64,000 nt of DNA from positions 41,512 through 105,511 of the forward strand of contig JBGAML010000018.1 in NCBI GenBank assembly GCA_044223005.1, read 5' to 3'. The position numbers and the translations under genes were made by a program. The number at the start of each line of letters is the position of its first letter. Within the stretch, counting starts at the first letter, position 1. The notes under the pieces were generated by a model. It saw nothing but the letters and a program-made list of their open reading frames with translations. It ran no database searches and was not told the DNA's origin. Shown piece by piece: positions 10,110-19,255 of this stretch. The DNA comes from Candidatus Eiseniibacteriota bacterium. Lineage in GTDB: Bacteria > Eisenbacteria > RBG-16-71-46.

Positions 10110-10139
10110 ATCTTATCGGCAGGCGACGCGTCGGGACAA
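10110..10139 (-). promoter_or_regulatory. Putative sigma70 promoter of his leader
   Basis: TTGTCC-N18-TAAGAT on the minus strand, 9 nt upstream of the leader ATG. Confidence 0.5.
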
Positions 10140-10255
10140 GGACTTTCATCCGCACCCGCATGATTCGCGGTCCGCAGCAGGCTCGCCGCGCGGCACCGGG
10201 TCCGCCCGGGGCCGCTCGACGCCTGCGCGCGCGCGGATGTAACGTACGTGCCGCC

Positions 10256-11047
10256 ATGAACACGTCCCGCTCGCTCACGACCGCCGTCGCCGCCCGCATT
10301 CCCTACGCCAACTGCGCGCCCTTCTACGCCCTCTGGGCCGATGCCCCGTTCGCGGTGCGGAACCTCGAGCCGCGTGAACTCGGGCGCGAGGCCGAAGCCG
10401 GGACCGTCGACCTGGGCGTGATGGCGGCCGGCGACTGGTTCCGGATGAAGGATCGCTTCGAGCTGCTGGCGCCGATGGGCGTCGCCGCGCGCGGTCCCGT
10501 GCAGTCGGTGCTGCTCTTCTCCAAGCGTCCGGCCTCGGCGCTCGAAGGCGCGCGCATTTCCGTCACGCCGGTGACTTCGACGTCCGTGCGGCTGCTGCAC
10601 CTGCTGCTCGACGTCCGCCGCGACTTCAAGGACGTGCGCTACGTGCGCGGGCTCGAGCCGTCGCAGGCCGACGCGCTGCTCATGATCGGCGACCAGGCGA
10701 TGCGCATGCGCAAGCGGCTGCCCGAGGGCTTCACGCACGTCATGGACCTCGGCGAGGACTGGCACGCGTGGACGGCGCTGCCGTTCGTCTACGCGGTCTG
10801 GGTCGTGCGCTCGTCGCTGGACGAGGCCGTGAAGGCGGAGATGCGCGCGTTTCTCGAGGCGTCGCTCGCCGCCGGGCTCGCGTCGCTGCCCGAGGTGGCG
10901 CGCCGCACCACCGATCCCGGCTGGACCGCCGACGAGACCGAGCGCTACCTGCGGCAGTTCCACTACCGCTTCGGGCCCGAGGAGTTGGAAGGCCTGGCGC
11001 GGTTCGAGTCGCTCGTCCGCGAACACGGGTTGCTGGTCGTCGACTGA
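10256..11047 (+). CDS. mqnA: Chorismate dehydratase (futalosine pathway)
   Basis: [39 protein letters not shown]...LPFVYAVW. Confidence 0.88.
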   Translation: MNTSRSLTTAVAARIPYANCAPFYALWADAPFAVRNLEPRELGREAEAGTVDLGVMAAGDWFRMKDRFELLAPMGVAARGPVQSVLLFSKRPASALEGARISVTPVTSTSVRLLHLLLDVRRDFKDVRYVRGLEPSQADALLMIGDQAMRMRKRLPEGFTHVMDLGEDWHAWTALPFVYAVWVVRSSLDEAVKAEMRAFLEASLAAGLASLPEVARRTTDPGWTADETERYLRQFHYRFGPEELEGLARFESLVREHGLLVVD

Positions 11048-11129
11048 CGGGGCAACCCCGGCCGGGCGCGGTTCGTATTCCTTCCCGAGCGCCGCGTTCG
11101 CGCGCGCCGTCCCCACCCGAGGAGATGCG

Positions 11130-11930
11130 ATGAGCACGATGCATGAAGTGGACTACGAGATCCTGGGCGACGACCTGCAGTTCGTGAAGATCGAGCTCGA
11201 CCCGAACGAGGCCGTGGTCGGCGAAGCCGGCGCCATGATGTACATCGAAGACGGCATCCAGATGCAGACCATCTTCGGCGACGGTTCGCAGCAGCAGGGC
11301 GGCCTGATGGGCGCGCTGCTCGGCGCCGGCAAGCGCCTGCTGACGGGCGAATCGCTGTTCATGACCGTGTTCCAGAACCAGGGCAGCGTGAAGCGCAAGG
11401 CGGCATTCGCCGCGCCCTACCCGGGCAAGATCGTGGCGATCCATCTCGCGGAGGTCGGCGGCGAGCTGCTCGCGCAGAAGGACTCGTTCCTCGTCGCCGC
11501 CAAGGGCGTGAGCCTCGGCATCGCGTTCACCAAGCGCTTCGGCGCCGGACTGTTCGGCGGCGAAGGCTTCATCCTCGAACGGCTGCAGGGCGACGGCTGG
11601 GCGTTCGTGCACGCCGGCGGCACGCTCGAGGAGCGCACGCTCGCCGCGGGCGAGACGCTGCGCGTCGACACGGGCTGCATCGTGGCGATGACGCCGAACG
11701 TCGACTATGACATCCAGCTCGCGGGCGGGATCAAGACCGTGCTGTTCGGCGGCGAGGGCCTGTTCTTCGCCACGCTGCGCGGTCCCGGCAAGGTGTGGCT
11801 GCAGTCGCTGCCGTTCTCGCGCCTCGCGAGCCGCATCTACGCGGCCGCGCCGCAGACCGGCGGCCGGCGCGTGGGCGAAGGCTCGCTCCTCGGCGGCCTC
11901 GGCAACCTGCTCGACGGCGACGGGCAGTAA
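11130..11930 (+). CDS. TIGR00266/AIM24 family protein
   Basis: [39 protein letters not shown]. Confidence 0.9.
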   Translation: MSTMHEVDYEILGDDLQFVKIELDPNEAVVGEAGAMMYIEDGIQMQTIFGDGSQQQGGLMGALLGAGKRLLTGESLFMTVFQNQGSVKRKAAFAAPYPGKIVAIHLAEVGGELLAQKDSFLVAAKGVSLGIAFTKRFGAGLFGGEGFILERLQGDGWAFVHAGGTLEERTLAAGETLRVDTGCIVAMTPNVDYDIQLAGGIKTVLFGGEGLFFATLRGPGKVWLQSLPFSRLASRIYAAAPQTGGRRVGEGSLLGGLGNLLDGDGQ

Positions 11931-11952
11931 CCGACGGCACGACGCGAAAGCG

Positions 11953-11987
11953 ACGGGCCCGCGCTCCGACGAGGAGCGCGGGCCCGT
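11953..11987 (+). terminator. Hairpin downstream of mqnA-AIM24 genes
   Basis: 15-bp inverted repeat ACGGGCCCGCGCTCC / GGAGCGCGGGCCCGT followed by TCG. Confidence 0.6.
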
Positions 11988-12270
11988 TCGCGTACGGGCT
12001 AATTAGACGTCACTCCGCACACATTTCCGAGCGCCGTCCGAATCGCATCACGTTCCGGGCAGGCGGTCGTTTCGCGCTGAAGAACTTCGAGGGCGAATTC
12101 GCCGGGCGAACCCGTGCCGGGTGACGATATTCCTCGACGTTCCGAATGCATCGCGGGACGATTCGCTCCGTCGACTGGCCCCGCTCGACTTCCTGCGTAC
12201 GGTCCCCCCCAATCGACCTCGCATTGTGGTTCACCCCCATTGAGTCCCCCACAATGTTTCGGAGGTCGTC

Positions 12271-15200
12271 ATGCGTTACCCGCCGAAGGCGAGGCGCTCG
12301 TTCCGAGCGTGCTCGTTCGCCTTGATCGCGTGCGTGTCCCTCGCGGTCGCCGCCAGTGCACAAACCTACCCCGTCTTCCATCCATATCGTCCCAGTGGTC
12401 CGCATGGGCACCGGGACATCGAGTTCCAGTGGAGCGATTCCTACCGTATCGCCCGCGGTGGTGGCGCGCCGATCACGCCTGCGGAGGCGCGCACCATGGA
12501 CCGGCTCGCACAGACGATGTGCGAAGACTATTCCAATCCGATCGGCAGCCAGATGTCGGACGTGGAGCTCGTGTTCAACTACTTCTTCCCGTTCGGCGAC
12601 GTTTACGACCGGAATCCCGCATCTCCCGTCGGCATTCGCGAAGCGTGGCTCTATGGCGCCGGCTATTCGGTGCAACCTCTGGCCGGGGACACCACGCACA
12701 TCGATGTCTACATCTACGCTCCCGGGGACCTTGATCAGGGTGGCTACAGCTACACGGTCGGCATGTGTCCTTCGGCGTATTCCAGCGCCACCGAGGACAC
12801 GAGCACTGGGCACGCCGCGGATCCCGCGGACATCTTCCACTGGAACTCGATCATGGTGCCGGGCCCGTATCCGTCACAGTCCATCGACACGACGGGGACC
12901 GGGTGGACGATTGGCGATCGAGGTGTCAATGCAGCGGCCCTGCACGAGTACGCGCACAGTTTCAATCAGCTGATGCTGATTGACGGTCAGGGCAGGATGA
13001 TCACTTTCATGGCCGGCGCCGGCACCAACGAGCTGTTCTCGAGCGCCGCCGAACAGCTGGTCGGGCAGAAGGACTCGCCGACCGCCTGGGGCACGTTTGA
13101 AGTTCCCTACACGTGGCCGCTGCTCGTCGTGAACCGCAACAAGACCACGGATGGATGCCTCGACACGTGGACGCCTTCGGTCAATTACCAGAACTGGCGT
13201 TCGTTCGCCGCATACCTGCTCTACAACTTCCGCGGAGCAGATACGACGGGCACGCTCCAGGGGCTCCGGGACGATCTCTTCTACAGGTGGACGCACGCGA
13301 CCCCCACGGCCTTCGTCGCCTTCGGCAGCACGGATACCAGCCTCTTCTACAACAGAACGATGCCGTATCTGGGGACGATCCTCGCGGATTCCAGCTGCCT
13401 GACTTGCGCAGGACGCTCCTACTTCCATCCGGGCGGACAATCTCTTCCGCCGAATGATCGCCTGGGGCTGTTGCTCCACAATTGGCGAACGGCGAGCTAC
13501 GTCAACAGCTCGACGCTGGCCGAAGGGCAGTACGGGTTCCCTCCGCAGTTCGGGTTCTCGCCGGCGAGCAACCTGCTCGCCTGGCACAGCGTGGACGGCT
13601 GCTCCCCGGACGACGCGATCTCGGTACCACCCAACGTCGTCATGTCGAGGACCGGGGCAAACCGCCAGAGGCTGTTCAGTCACTTCCGGTCTGGTGCGCT
13701 TTCGGGTGGAGGCTCCACGACGTATCCGATGGCGATCTATCACACGGGGGCGGAGTACTGGACGGTGCGCGCCGATGCGAGCCTCGCCAACAACGGCCCC
13801 CACTCCCTGGTCGTCAAGGTGGGCGCCGATTCGACGTGGCGGCGCCGCTACGTCCGCAATGCCAACCTTCCGGACTCGCTCGTTCGGGAGGGGGAGTTGC
13901 GACTCGTCGCATCGGTCGTCGGATACACCACTGCAGGCCTGACGGATTCGCTCTGGCGGCATCCGGAATGGGCGACGTACGCCGCAGCGCCCCAATGGGT
14001 CGACCTCGACAGTCTCGAGCGCAACATCAGCCTGACGCTGCCCAACTTCGGAACTACCTACAAGGCCGCGCTGGTCGTGGTCACGGTCGCCACCGGCCGA
14101 CATGGGGATCCCAACTTCGACCCCGTGGACAACTGGTACGAGAACTCGACGAAGTGGGTCCCGTATCGAGTGGCCTTCGCGGTTTCCGACGGCTCCACGC
14201 TTCCCAGTGAACCCACGATCGTCGCTTCGGAGGCAACCGCGTCCGAGAGTGCCCCCAGCTGGAGTCCGTCGAACGCCGACGTGGCCTACGTGCGTACGGC
14301 ATCCGGCGGGGTGCCGCAGGTCTACCGCAAGCCGATCGTCGGCGGGACCGCGACGGCGGTGTTCGCGACCGCCGAGGAGCAGCACGATCCCGACTGGTCG
14401 CCGCGCGGAGACGTGATCGTATTTGCGCGCGGGAACACGACCGCCTACAGCCCGGCGACCGAACTCTGGCTCGCTGCGCTGAACGGAACGGCCAGCGCCA
14501 TCACCAACGATGGCGGCTGGAAGCGTTCGCCCGTCTTCAACCACAACGGCCGCACGATCGCCTACGCCGCCCGGTTCACGTACGCCATGCCGCAGGGCGG
14601 CCAGGAACAGCGCTGGGGTATCTGGACGATTGGTGTGGATGGCAGTGCGCGGACGCAGGTCGTCCAGAGCGCATTCGGGAACCCGATCACGACGGTTCGG
14701 TGGTCGCCCGATGGGACCAGCATCTGGTTCAACTCGGCCGACTCGATCTACGTGGTGACGCCCTCGACCGGAGCGGTGGTCAACCGCACCGGAAGGCTGC
14801 CCGTCGGCGTGCAGTCGTTCGATCATCCCCGTTCGGGCGGGCCGATCGCGATCGAGCAGCCGGGCTCCAAACTCTGGTTCTACCGGGGCAGCCTGAAGCT
14901 CGCCGAGAACTACCGGCGCATCGCGCTCCAGGACACTACGCTCGCGGACAGCGATCCGTTCCTCTACCAGCGCGGGAACGCGTTCTACTCCCCGCGGTGG
15001 TCGATCGACGGCACCAAGGTGGCCTACGCCTCGGGTCCGCTGGGCGGCGACCTCAACGTCAGCGTCGGCACGGCGAGGACGAACCATGCGCCCGCGATGA
15101 CGGCGGGGTCGTACGCGGACAGCGACCAGCTCGCGACCTGCAGCCTGTTTCAGCGCACGCTCTCCGCGACCGACGCCGATGGCGACGCGGTCACGTACGA

Positions 15201-15720
15201 GCTGCTGCACAAGCCCGGCGGCATGTCGATCGCTGGCGGCAACCTCCTCAAGTGGATCCCGAACTCGAGCCAGGTGGGAGATTGGTACGTCACGTTGCGT
15301 GCCAAGGACGGCAACGGTGGCGTGGACCAGAAGGTCATGCACTTCTTCGTCGGCGACTACCCCGAGATCTGCAGCTGTCCGCGCTACCCGTACTGCTATC
15401 CCGCGGGCGCGCAGCCGGTGACGGAGAACTCCGACATCCCCGTCGCGTTCGGGCTCTCGCAGAACCAGCCGAATCCGTTCCACGACCCGACCACGATCCG
15501 GTTCGCGCTGCCGTCGTCGTCGCACGTGCGGCTCGAGATCTTCGACCTGCTCGGCCGGCGCGTGCGCACGCTCGTCGATGCGGACCTGCCGGCGGCGTTC
15601 CACTCGCGCCAGTGGGACCTGCGGACGGATCACGGTGATCTCGTGCGGCCGGGCATCTACATGTACCGGATGGTCGCGGGCGACTTCCGCGACCAGAAGA
15701 AGATGCTGCTCGTTCCGTAG
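12271..15720 (+). CDS. Large secreted multidomain protein: HEXXH zincin-like domain, PD40/TolB-like propeller, Ig/cadherin-like domain, C-terminal FlgD-Ig/T9SS-type tail
   Basis: Signal peptide (…LAVAASA|Q), ALHEYAH…TNE, five WSP-D-G-like repeats, NHAP…ATDADGD…KDGNGG, QNQPNPF…GIYMYR; GGAGG RBS. Confidence 0.8.
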   Translation: MRYPPKARRSFRACSFALIACVSLAVAASAQTYPVFHPYRPSGPHGHRDIEFQWSDSYRIARGGGAPITPAEARTMDRLAQTMCEDYSNPIGSQMSDVELVFNYFFPFGDVYDRNPASPVGIREAWLYGAGYSVQPLAGDTTHIDVYIYAPGDLDQGGYSYTVGMCPSAYSSATEDTSTGHAADPADIFHWNSIMVPGPYPSQSIDTTGTGWTIGDRGVNAAALHEYAHSFNQLMLIDGQGRMITFMAGAGTNELFSSAAEQLVGQKDSPTAWGTFEVPYTWPLLVVNRNKTTDGCLDTWTPSVNYQNWRSFAAYLLYNFRGADTTGTLQGLRDDLFYRWTHATPTAFVAFGSTDTSLFYNRTMPYLGTILADSSCLTCAGRSYFHPGGQSLPPNDRLGLLLHNWRTASYVNSSTLAEGQYGFPPQFGFSPASNLLAWHSVDGCSPDDAISVPPNVVMSRTGANRQRLFSHFRSGALSGGGSTTYPMAIYHTGAEYWTVRADASLANNGPHSLVVKVGADSTWRRRYVRNANLPDSLVREGELRLVASVVGYTTAGLTDSLWRHPEWATYAAAPQWVDLDSLERNISLTLPNFGTTYKAALVVVTVATGRHGDPNFDPVDNWYENSTKWVPYRVAFAVSDGSTLPSEPTIVASEATASESAPSWSPSNADVAYVRTASGGVPQVYRKPIVGGTATAVFATAEEQHDPDWSPRGDVIVFARGNTTAYSPATELWLAALNGTASAITNDGGWKRSPVFNHNGRTIAYAARFTYAMPQGGQEQRWGIWTIGVDGSARTQVVQSAFGNPITTVRWSPDGTSIWFNSADSIYVVTPSTGAVVNRTGRLPVGVQSFDHPRSGGPIAIEQPGSKLWFYRGSLKLAENYRRIALQDTTLADSDPFLYQRGNAFYSPRWSIDGTKVAYASGPLGGDLNVSVGTARTNHAPAMTAGSYADSDQLATCSLFQRTLSATDADGDAVTYELLHKPGGMSIAGGNLLKWIPNSSQVGDWYVTLRAKDGNGGVDQKVMHFFVGDYPEICSCPRYPYCYPAGAQPVTENSDIPVAFGLSQNQPNPFHDPTTIRFALPSSSHVRLEIFDLLGRRVRTLVDADLPAAFHSRQWDLRTDHGDLVRPGIYMYRMVAGDFRDQKKMLLVP

Positions 15721-15734
15721 CCCCGTCGCAGCGG

Positions 15735-15765
15735 ACGGCCGCCCTCGCGTCGCGGGGGCGGCCGT
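15735..15765 (+). terminator. Hairpin downstream of secreted zincin gene
   Basis: ACGGCCGCCCTCGCG / CGCGGGGGCGGCCGT followed by TCCGTTT. Confidence 0.55.
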
Positions 15766-16072
15766 TCCGTTTCACGCTCCTGCGCCCGGCGTGCATTCCG
15801 CACGCATGCGGCGGGACGCGAGGGTGCTTCTCGAATCGCGAATGGTGATTTCGCCGAGTCCCGGGCGCGCTCCGTGGCACGCGCCGCGCGAGCGCGTCGC
15901 GCACGCGTTGCGGCGCAACGGCCTGCGCGTGGCGCGGGATTTCCCCCAGCGGAGTGGGCGACGTTGCACAGCGCACGGAACGCTTCCCGGCGCGGGCGAA
16001 GACCCCCATAGACTTCTCTTCGTCAGGCCGGGCCGCACGCCCCTCGGGCGGTCCGGCCACGAGGGGGAGGCC

Positions 16073-17023
16073 ATGCACCGCACCGATTCGATCCGACTTC
16101 TCGCCGTTCTCCTGGCGCTCGCCATCGGCGCGCCGGCCGCGTACGCCACGCGCGAACTCGCGTACGACAACGATACCGATGCCATGGTGCCGGGTGCCGC
16201 GACCACCGATCGCAACTACACTTTCGGCGCCCGCGCGGCGTGGTTCGGGGCGCCCGGTGTCCTGCCGCGCGCCGTGCGCGGCCTCGCCCGCCGCATCAAC
16301 GGCGCGGACGCGACGCCGCACGTCTCGCTGGCGATCGCGCAGGCGCTCTACACGCCCGACGCGCTTTCGAACCCGAACCCGATCGCGAACGACCGGCCGT
16401 ACGCGGCGTGGCTGCACGCCGACGCGACGGTCGCCGCGACGACGCCGACGCGCGCGCGCGCGCTCACGCTGACGCTCGGCGTAGTCGGCCCGTTCGCGCA
16501 GGGCGAAGAGGTGCAGGCGTGGTGGCATCGCCGCGAACACGTGCGGCTGCCGCGCGGCTGGCGCTGGCAGCTCGTCAACGAGCCCACGCTGGGCGTCGCG
16601 TTCGACGAGCGCTGGCGGCCGTGGGGCGCGCGGCGCCACGCGGACGTCGTGCCGCACGTGCGGCTCGCCGCGGGCAACGTGAGCACCGAGGCCGCCGCGG
16701 GCGCGACCGTGCGCCTCGGCTGGCTCGCCAACGACTTCGGTCCCGGTGCGCCGTCGGGCCCCGAGGCGGCCGTGCACGCGACGCGCGCGTACGTGTTCGC
16801 GCGGGCCGAGGGCCGCGCGGTCGCGCGCGACCTGTTCCTCGACGGCAACACGTTCGCGTCGGGGCCGAGCGTGCACCACGAGCCGTTCGTCGGCGAGGCG
16901 CAGGTCGGCGCCAGCCTGCACCGCGGCGCGCTGGGCGTCCGCTACACGTTCTCCTACACGACGCAGCAGTTCCGCGAGCGCGCCGACGCGCACGAGTACG
17001 GTTCGGTCGTCCTTTCGTTCTGA
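16073..17023 (+). CDS. Lipid A deacylase LpxR family (DUF2219) outer-membrane protein
   Basis: Signal peptide, YDND…DRNYTFG, YTP, DRPYAAWL, GWRWQL, FLDGN, C-terminal Phe; GGAGG RBS. Confidence 0.82.
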   Translation: MHRTDSIRLLAVLLALAIGAPAAYATRELAYDNDTDAMVPGAATTDRNYTFGARAAWFGAPGVLPRAVRGLARRINGADATPHVSLAIAQALYTPDALSNPNPIANDRPYAAWLHADATVAATTPTRARALTLTLGVVGPFAQGEEVQAWWHRREHVRLPRGWRWQLVNEPTLGVAFDERWRPWGARRHADVVPHVRLAAGNVSTEAAAGATVRLGWLANDFGPGAPSGPEAAVHATRAYVFARAEGRAVARDLFLDGNTFASGPSVHHEPFVGEAQVGASLHRGALGVRYTFSYTTQQFRERADAHEYGSVVLSF

Positions 17024-17038
17024 GCCGCCGGCGCGGCG

Positions 17039-17773
17039 TCAGGCCTCGGCCGGCGCCGGCGCCGGCGTCGCGTCGGCCGCCGCGAAGATGTGCCCGACCG
17101 CGTCGCCCGAGCCCAGGTCGATGAGCGCGTGCAGCGCGATGCCGGGCAGCAGCGAGCCGGTGCCGAGGTAGACGAGCGCCATCACCAGCCCGACGACGCC
17201 GGTCTTGAGCACGCCCGATCGGCCCTGGTACGCGTGCCCGAGTCCGAAGAGCGCGGAAGAGAGCACCGCCGCGATCCACGGCCCGGTCCACGCGCCGATG
17301 AACCACATCAGGTAGCCGCGCGCGAGCAGTTCCTCGCAGAAGCCCGCGGTCAGCGACAACCCGCGAAACGCGCCGCGCTCGGCGGCGGTGTGCGGCGAGA
17401 TGAGCGCGATGCCCGCGGGGAGCTTCGCCGCGTACGCGGCGAGCTTCTCTCGCGGCATGCGCGCGATCGCACGCGCCTGCACGACCATGCGCGCCGCGAG
17501 GAGGGCGACGAGCACGAGGGCCACGGCCAGCCGGACGCCGGCGGGGACGCTGAACCCGAGCGCCGCCCACGCGCGGCCCGAATGCCACCAGAGCGCGAGC
17601 GCCGCGAGCGCGAGCAGCCACTCGCTCGCCGCGATCGCGCCGTAGAAACGCATGCGTGCGCCGGGGTGGCCGGCGGCGATCGCTCGTCGGGACGCCGGAA
17701 TCAACACGAAGTGGTCCCATGCGCCCCACGCGAGCAGGATGGTGACGAACACGAAATCCAGCAGGCCCGGCAT
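17039..17773 (-). CDS. CPBP/Abi family intramembrane metalloprotease
   Basis: AGFCEELLARG, FGLGHAYQG, HALID; several hydrophobic helices. Confidence 0.88.
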   Translation of the reverse strand: MPGLLDFVFVTILLAWGAWDHFVLIPASRRAIAAGHPGARMRFYGAIAASEWLLALAALALWWHSGRAWAALGFSVPAGVRLAVALVLVALLAARMVVQARAIARMPREKLAAYAAKLPAGIALISPHTAAERGAFRGLSLTAGFCEELLARGYLMWFIGAWTGPWIAAVLSSALFGLGHAYQGRSGVLKTGVVGLVMALVYLGTGSLLPGIALHALIDLGSGDAVGHIFAAADATPAPAPAEA

Positions 17774-17982
17774 GCGTCCCTCCTCGGTGAGTGGCCGGCT
17801 CGCAGCATCGGCGTTCGCGCGCCGCCGTGCACGCGGCATTCGGCGAACGGAGGCGGATCGTCGGCCGCCGACGCCGGCGCGGGCCGCTCGACGGGCCGCC
17901 TCGGACGCGGGTATTCTCGCCGCCTTCCCAGACGTCATCGACGCGGCCGGCCGCGGCCGCCAGCAACGAGGAGTCCCGCACC

Positions 17983-19191
17983 GTGTGGTCCACCATCGAA
18001 GCCAAGATCCAGCGCGGCGAACGGCTGAACACCGAGGAAGGCGTCTACCTTCTCACCGACGCGCCGCTGCTCGAGATGGGCACGCTCGCGCAGGACGTGC
18101 GCGCGAAGAAGACGGATCCGAAGCTCGTCACGTACGTGATCGACACGAATCCGAACTACACCAACTGGTGCACGGTGGACTGTCACTTCTGCGCGTTCTA
18201 CCGCAAGCCGGGCAAGCCCGCCGCGGACGGCTACACGCACGACGTCGAAGGCGTGATGCGCATGATGGAGCAGGCGCGCAGCGTCGGGGCGACCACGGTG
18301 CTGCTGCAGGGTGGCTTGAACCCCGAGATCCCGTGGTCGTTCTACACGGACATCGTGCGTGAGGCGCGCCGGCGTTATCCCGAGATCATGCCGCACTTCT
18401 TCTCGGCGCCCGAGATCCACCAGATGGTGGCCGTGAGCGGTCTTTCGATCCGCGGCGTGCTCGAGGCGCTCTACGAGGCCGGCCAGCGCTCGCTGCCGGG
18501 CGGCGGCGCGGAGATCCTCGCGGCGCGCGTGCGCCAGCGCATCTCGGTCAAGAAGGGCGGGCCGGAGACCTGGCTCGAGGTGCACCGCGAGGCGCACCGC
18601 GTCGGCATGAAGTCGACCGCCACCATGATGTACGGCCACGTCGAGACGCCGGCCGAGATCGTGGAGCACCTCGACTACATCCGCGCCCTGCAGGACGAGA
18701 CGCACGGCTTCACCGCGTTCGTGCCGTGGTCCTACAAGCGTGGCAACACGCCCATGGAATCCAAGGTGCCGCACATCGCGGGCGCGAACATGTACTTCCG
18801 CGTGCTCGCGGCGTCGCGGCTCTACCTCGACAACTTCGACCACATCCAGGCGACGTGGTTCAGCGAGGGCAAGAAGACCGGCCAGATCGCGCTGCATTTC
18901 GGCGCGGACGATTTCGGCGGCACGCTGTTCGAGGAGAACGTGCACCTCGCGACCGGGCACCACAACAAGACCACGATCGCCGAGATCGAGACGCTGATCC
19001 GCGAGTCGGGCTTCACGCCGGCCCAGCGCGACACGCTCTACGGGATCGTGAAGGTGAGCGAAGGGCCGGAGGCGCTGCAGAACCTGTCGGCCGAGGTGCC
19101 GCTGTTCGTCGAGAGCCTGCGCGAGCTGCCGGCCGAGTATCCGGCCCAGCTCGAGGGCGAGGAGCCGGGCTCGCTCGTGATGCCGAGCTGA
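17983..19191 (+). CDS. mqnC: Cyclic dehypoxanthinyl futalosine synthase (radical SAM)
   Basis: NYTNWCTVDCHFCAF, LQGG, GGGAEIL, ATMMYGH, FVPW, GADDFGGTLFEENV; GAGGAG RBS before GTG. Confidence 0.85.
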   Translation: MWSTIEAKIQRGERLNTEEGVYLLTDAPLLEMGTLAQDVRAKKTDPKLVTYVIDTNPNYTNWCTVDCHFCAFYRKPGKPAADGYTHDVEGVMRMMEQARSVGATTVLLQGGLNPEIPWSFYTDIVREARRRYPEIMPHFFSAPEIHQMVAVSGLSIRGVLEALYEAGQRSLPGGGAEILAARVRQRISVKKGGPETWLEVHREAHRVGMKSTATMMYGHVETPAEIVEHLDYIRALQDETHGFTAFVPWSYKRGNTPMESKVPHIAGANMYFRVLAASRLYLDNFDHIQATWFSEGKKTGQIALHFGADDFGGTLFEENVHLATGHHNKTTIAEIETLIRESGFTPAQRDTLYGIVKVSEGPEALQNLSAEVPLFVESLRELPAEYPAQLEGEEPGSLVMPS

Positions 19192-19207
19192 CCCCGGCGG
19201 CAACGGA

Positions 19208-19237
19208 ACGGCCCGGCGCCTCGTGGCGCCGGGCCGT
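19208..19237. terminator. Hairpin between convergent genes
   Basis: 13-bp inverted repeat ACGGCCCGGCGCC / GGCGCCGGGCCGT. Confidence 0.6.
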
Positions 19238-19255
19238 CGTGTTCGGGGCGCGCGC

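Noticed and set aside
12874..15633. 919-aa minus-strand ORF
   Set aside because: Antisense shadow of the secreted zincin gene; no domain signal.
17983..19191. Assignment as MqnE or CofH
   Set aside because: The LQGG, FVPW and GGTLFEENV motifs fit MqnC better, and mqnA/mqnD are nearby. An HMM check is still desirable.
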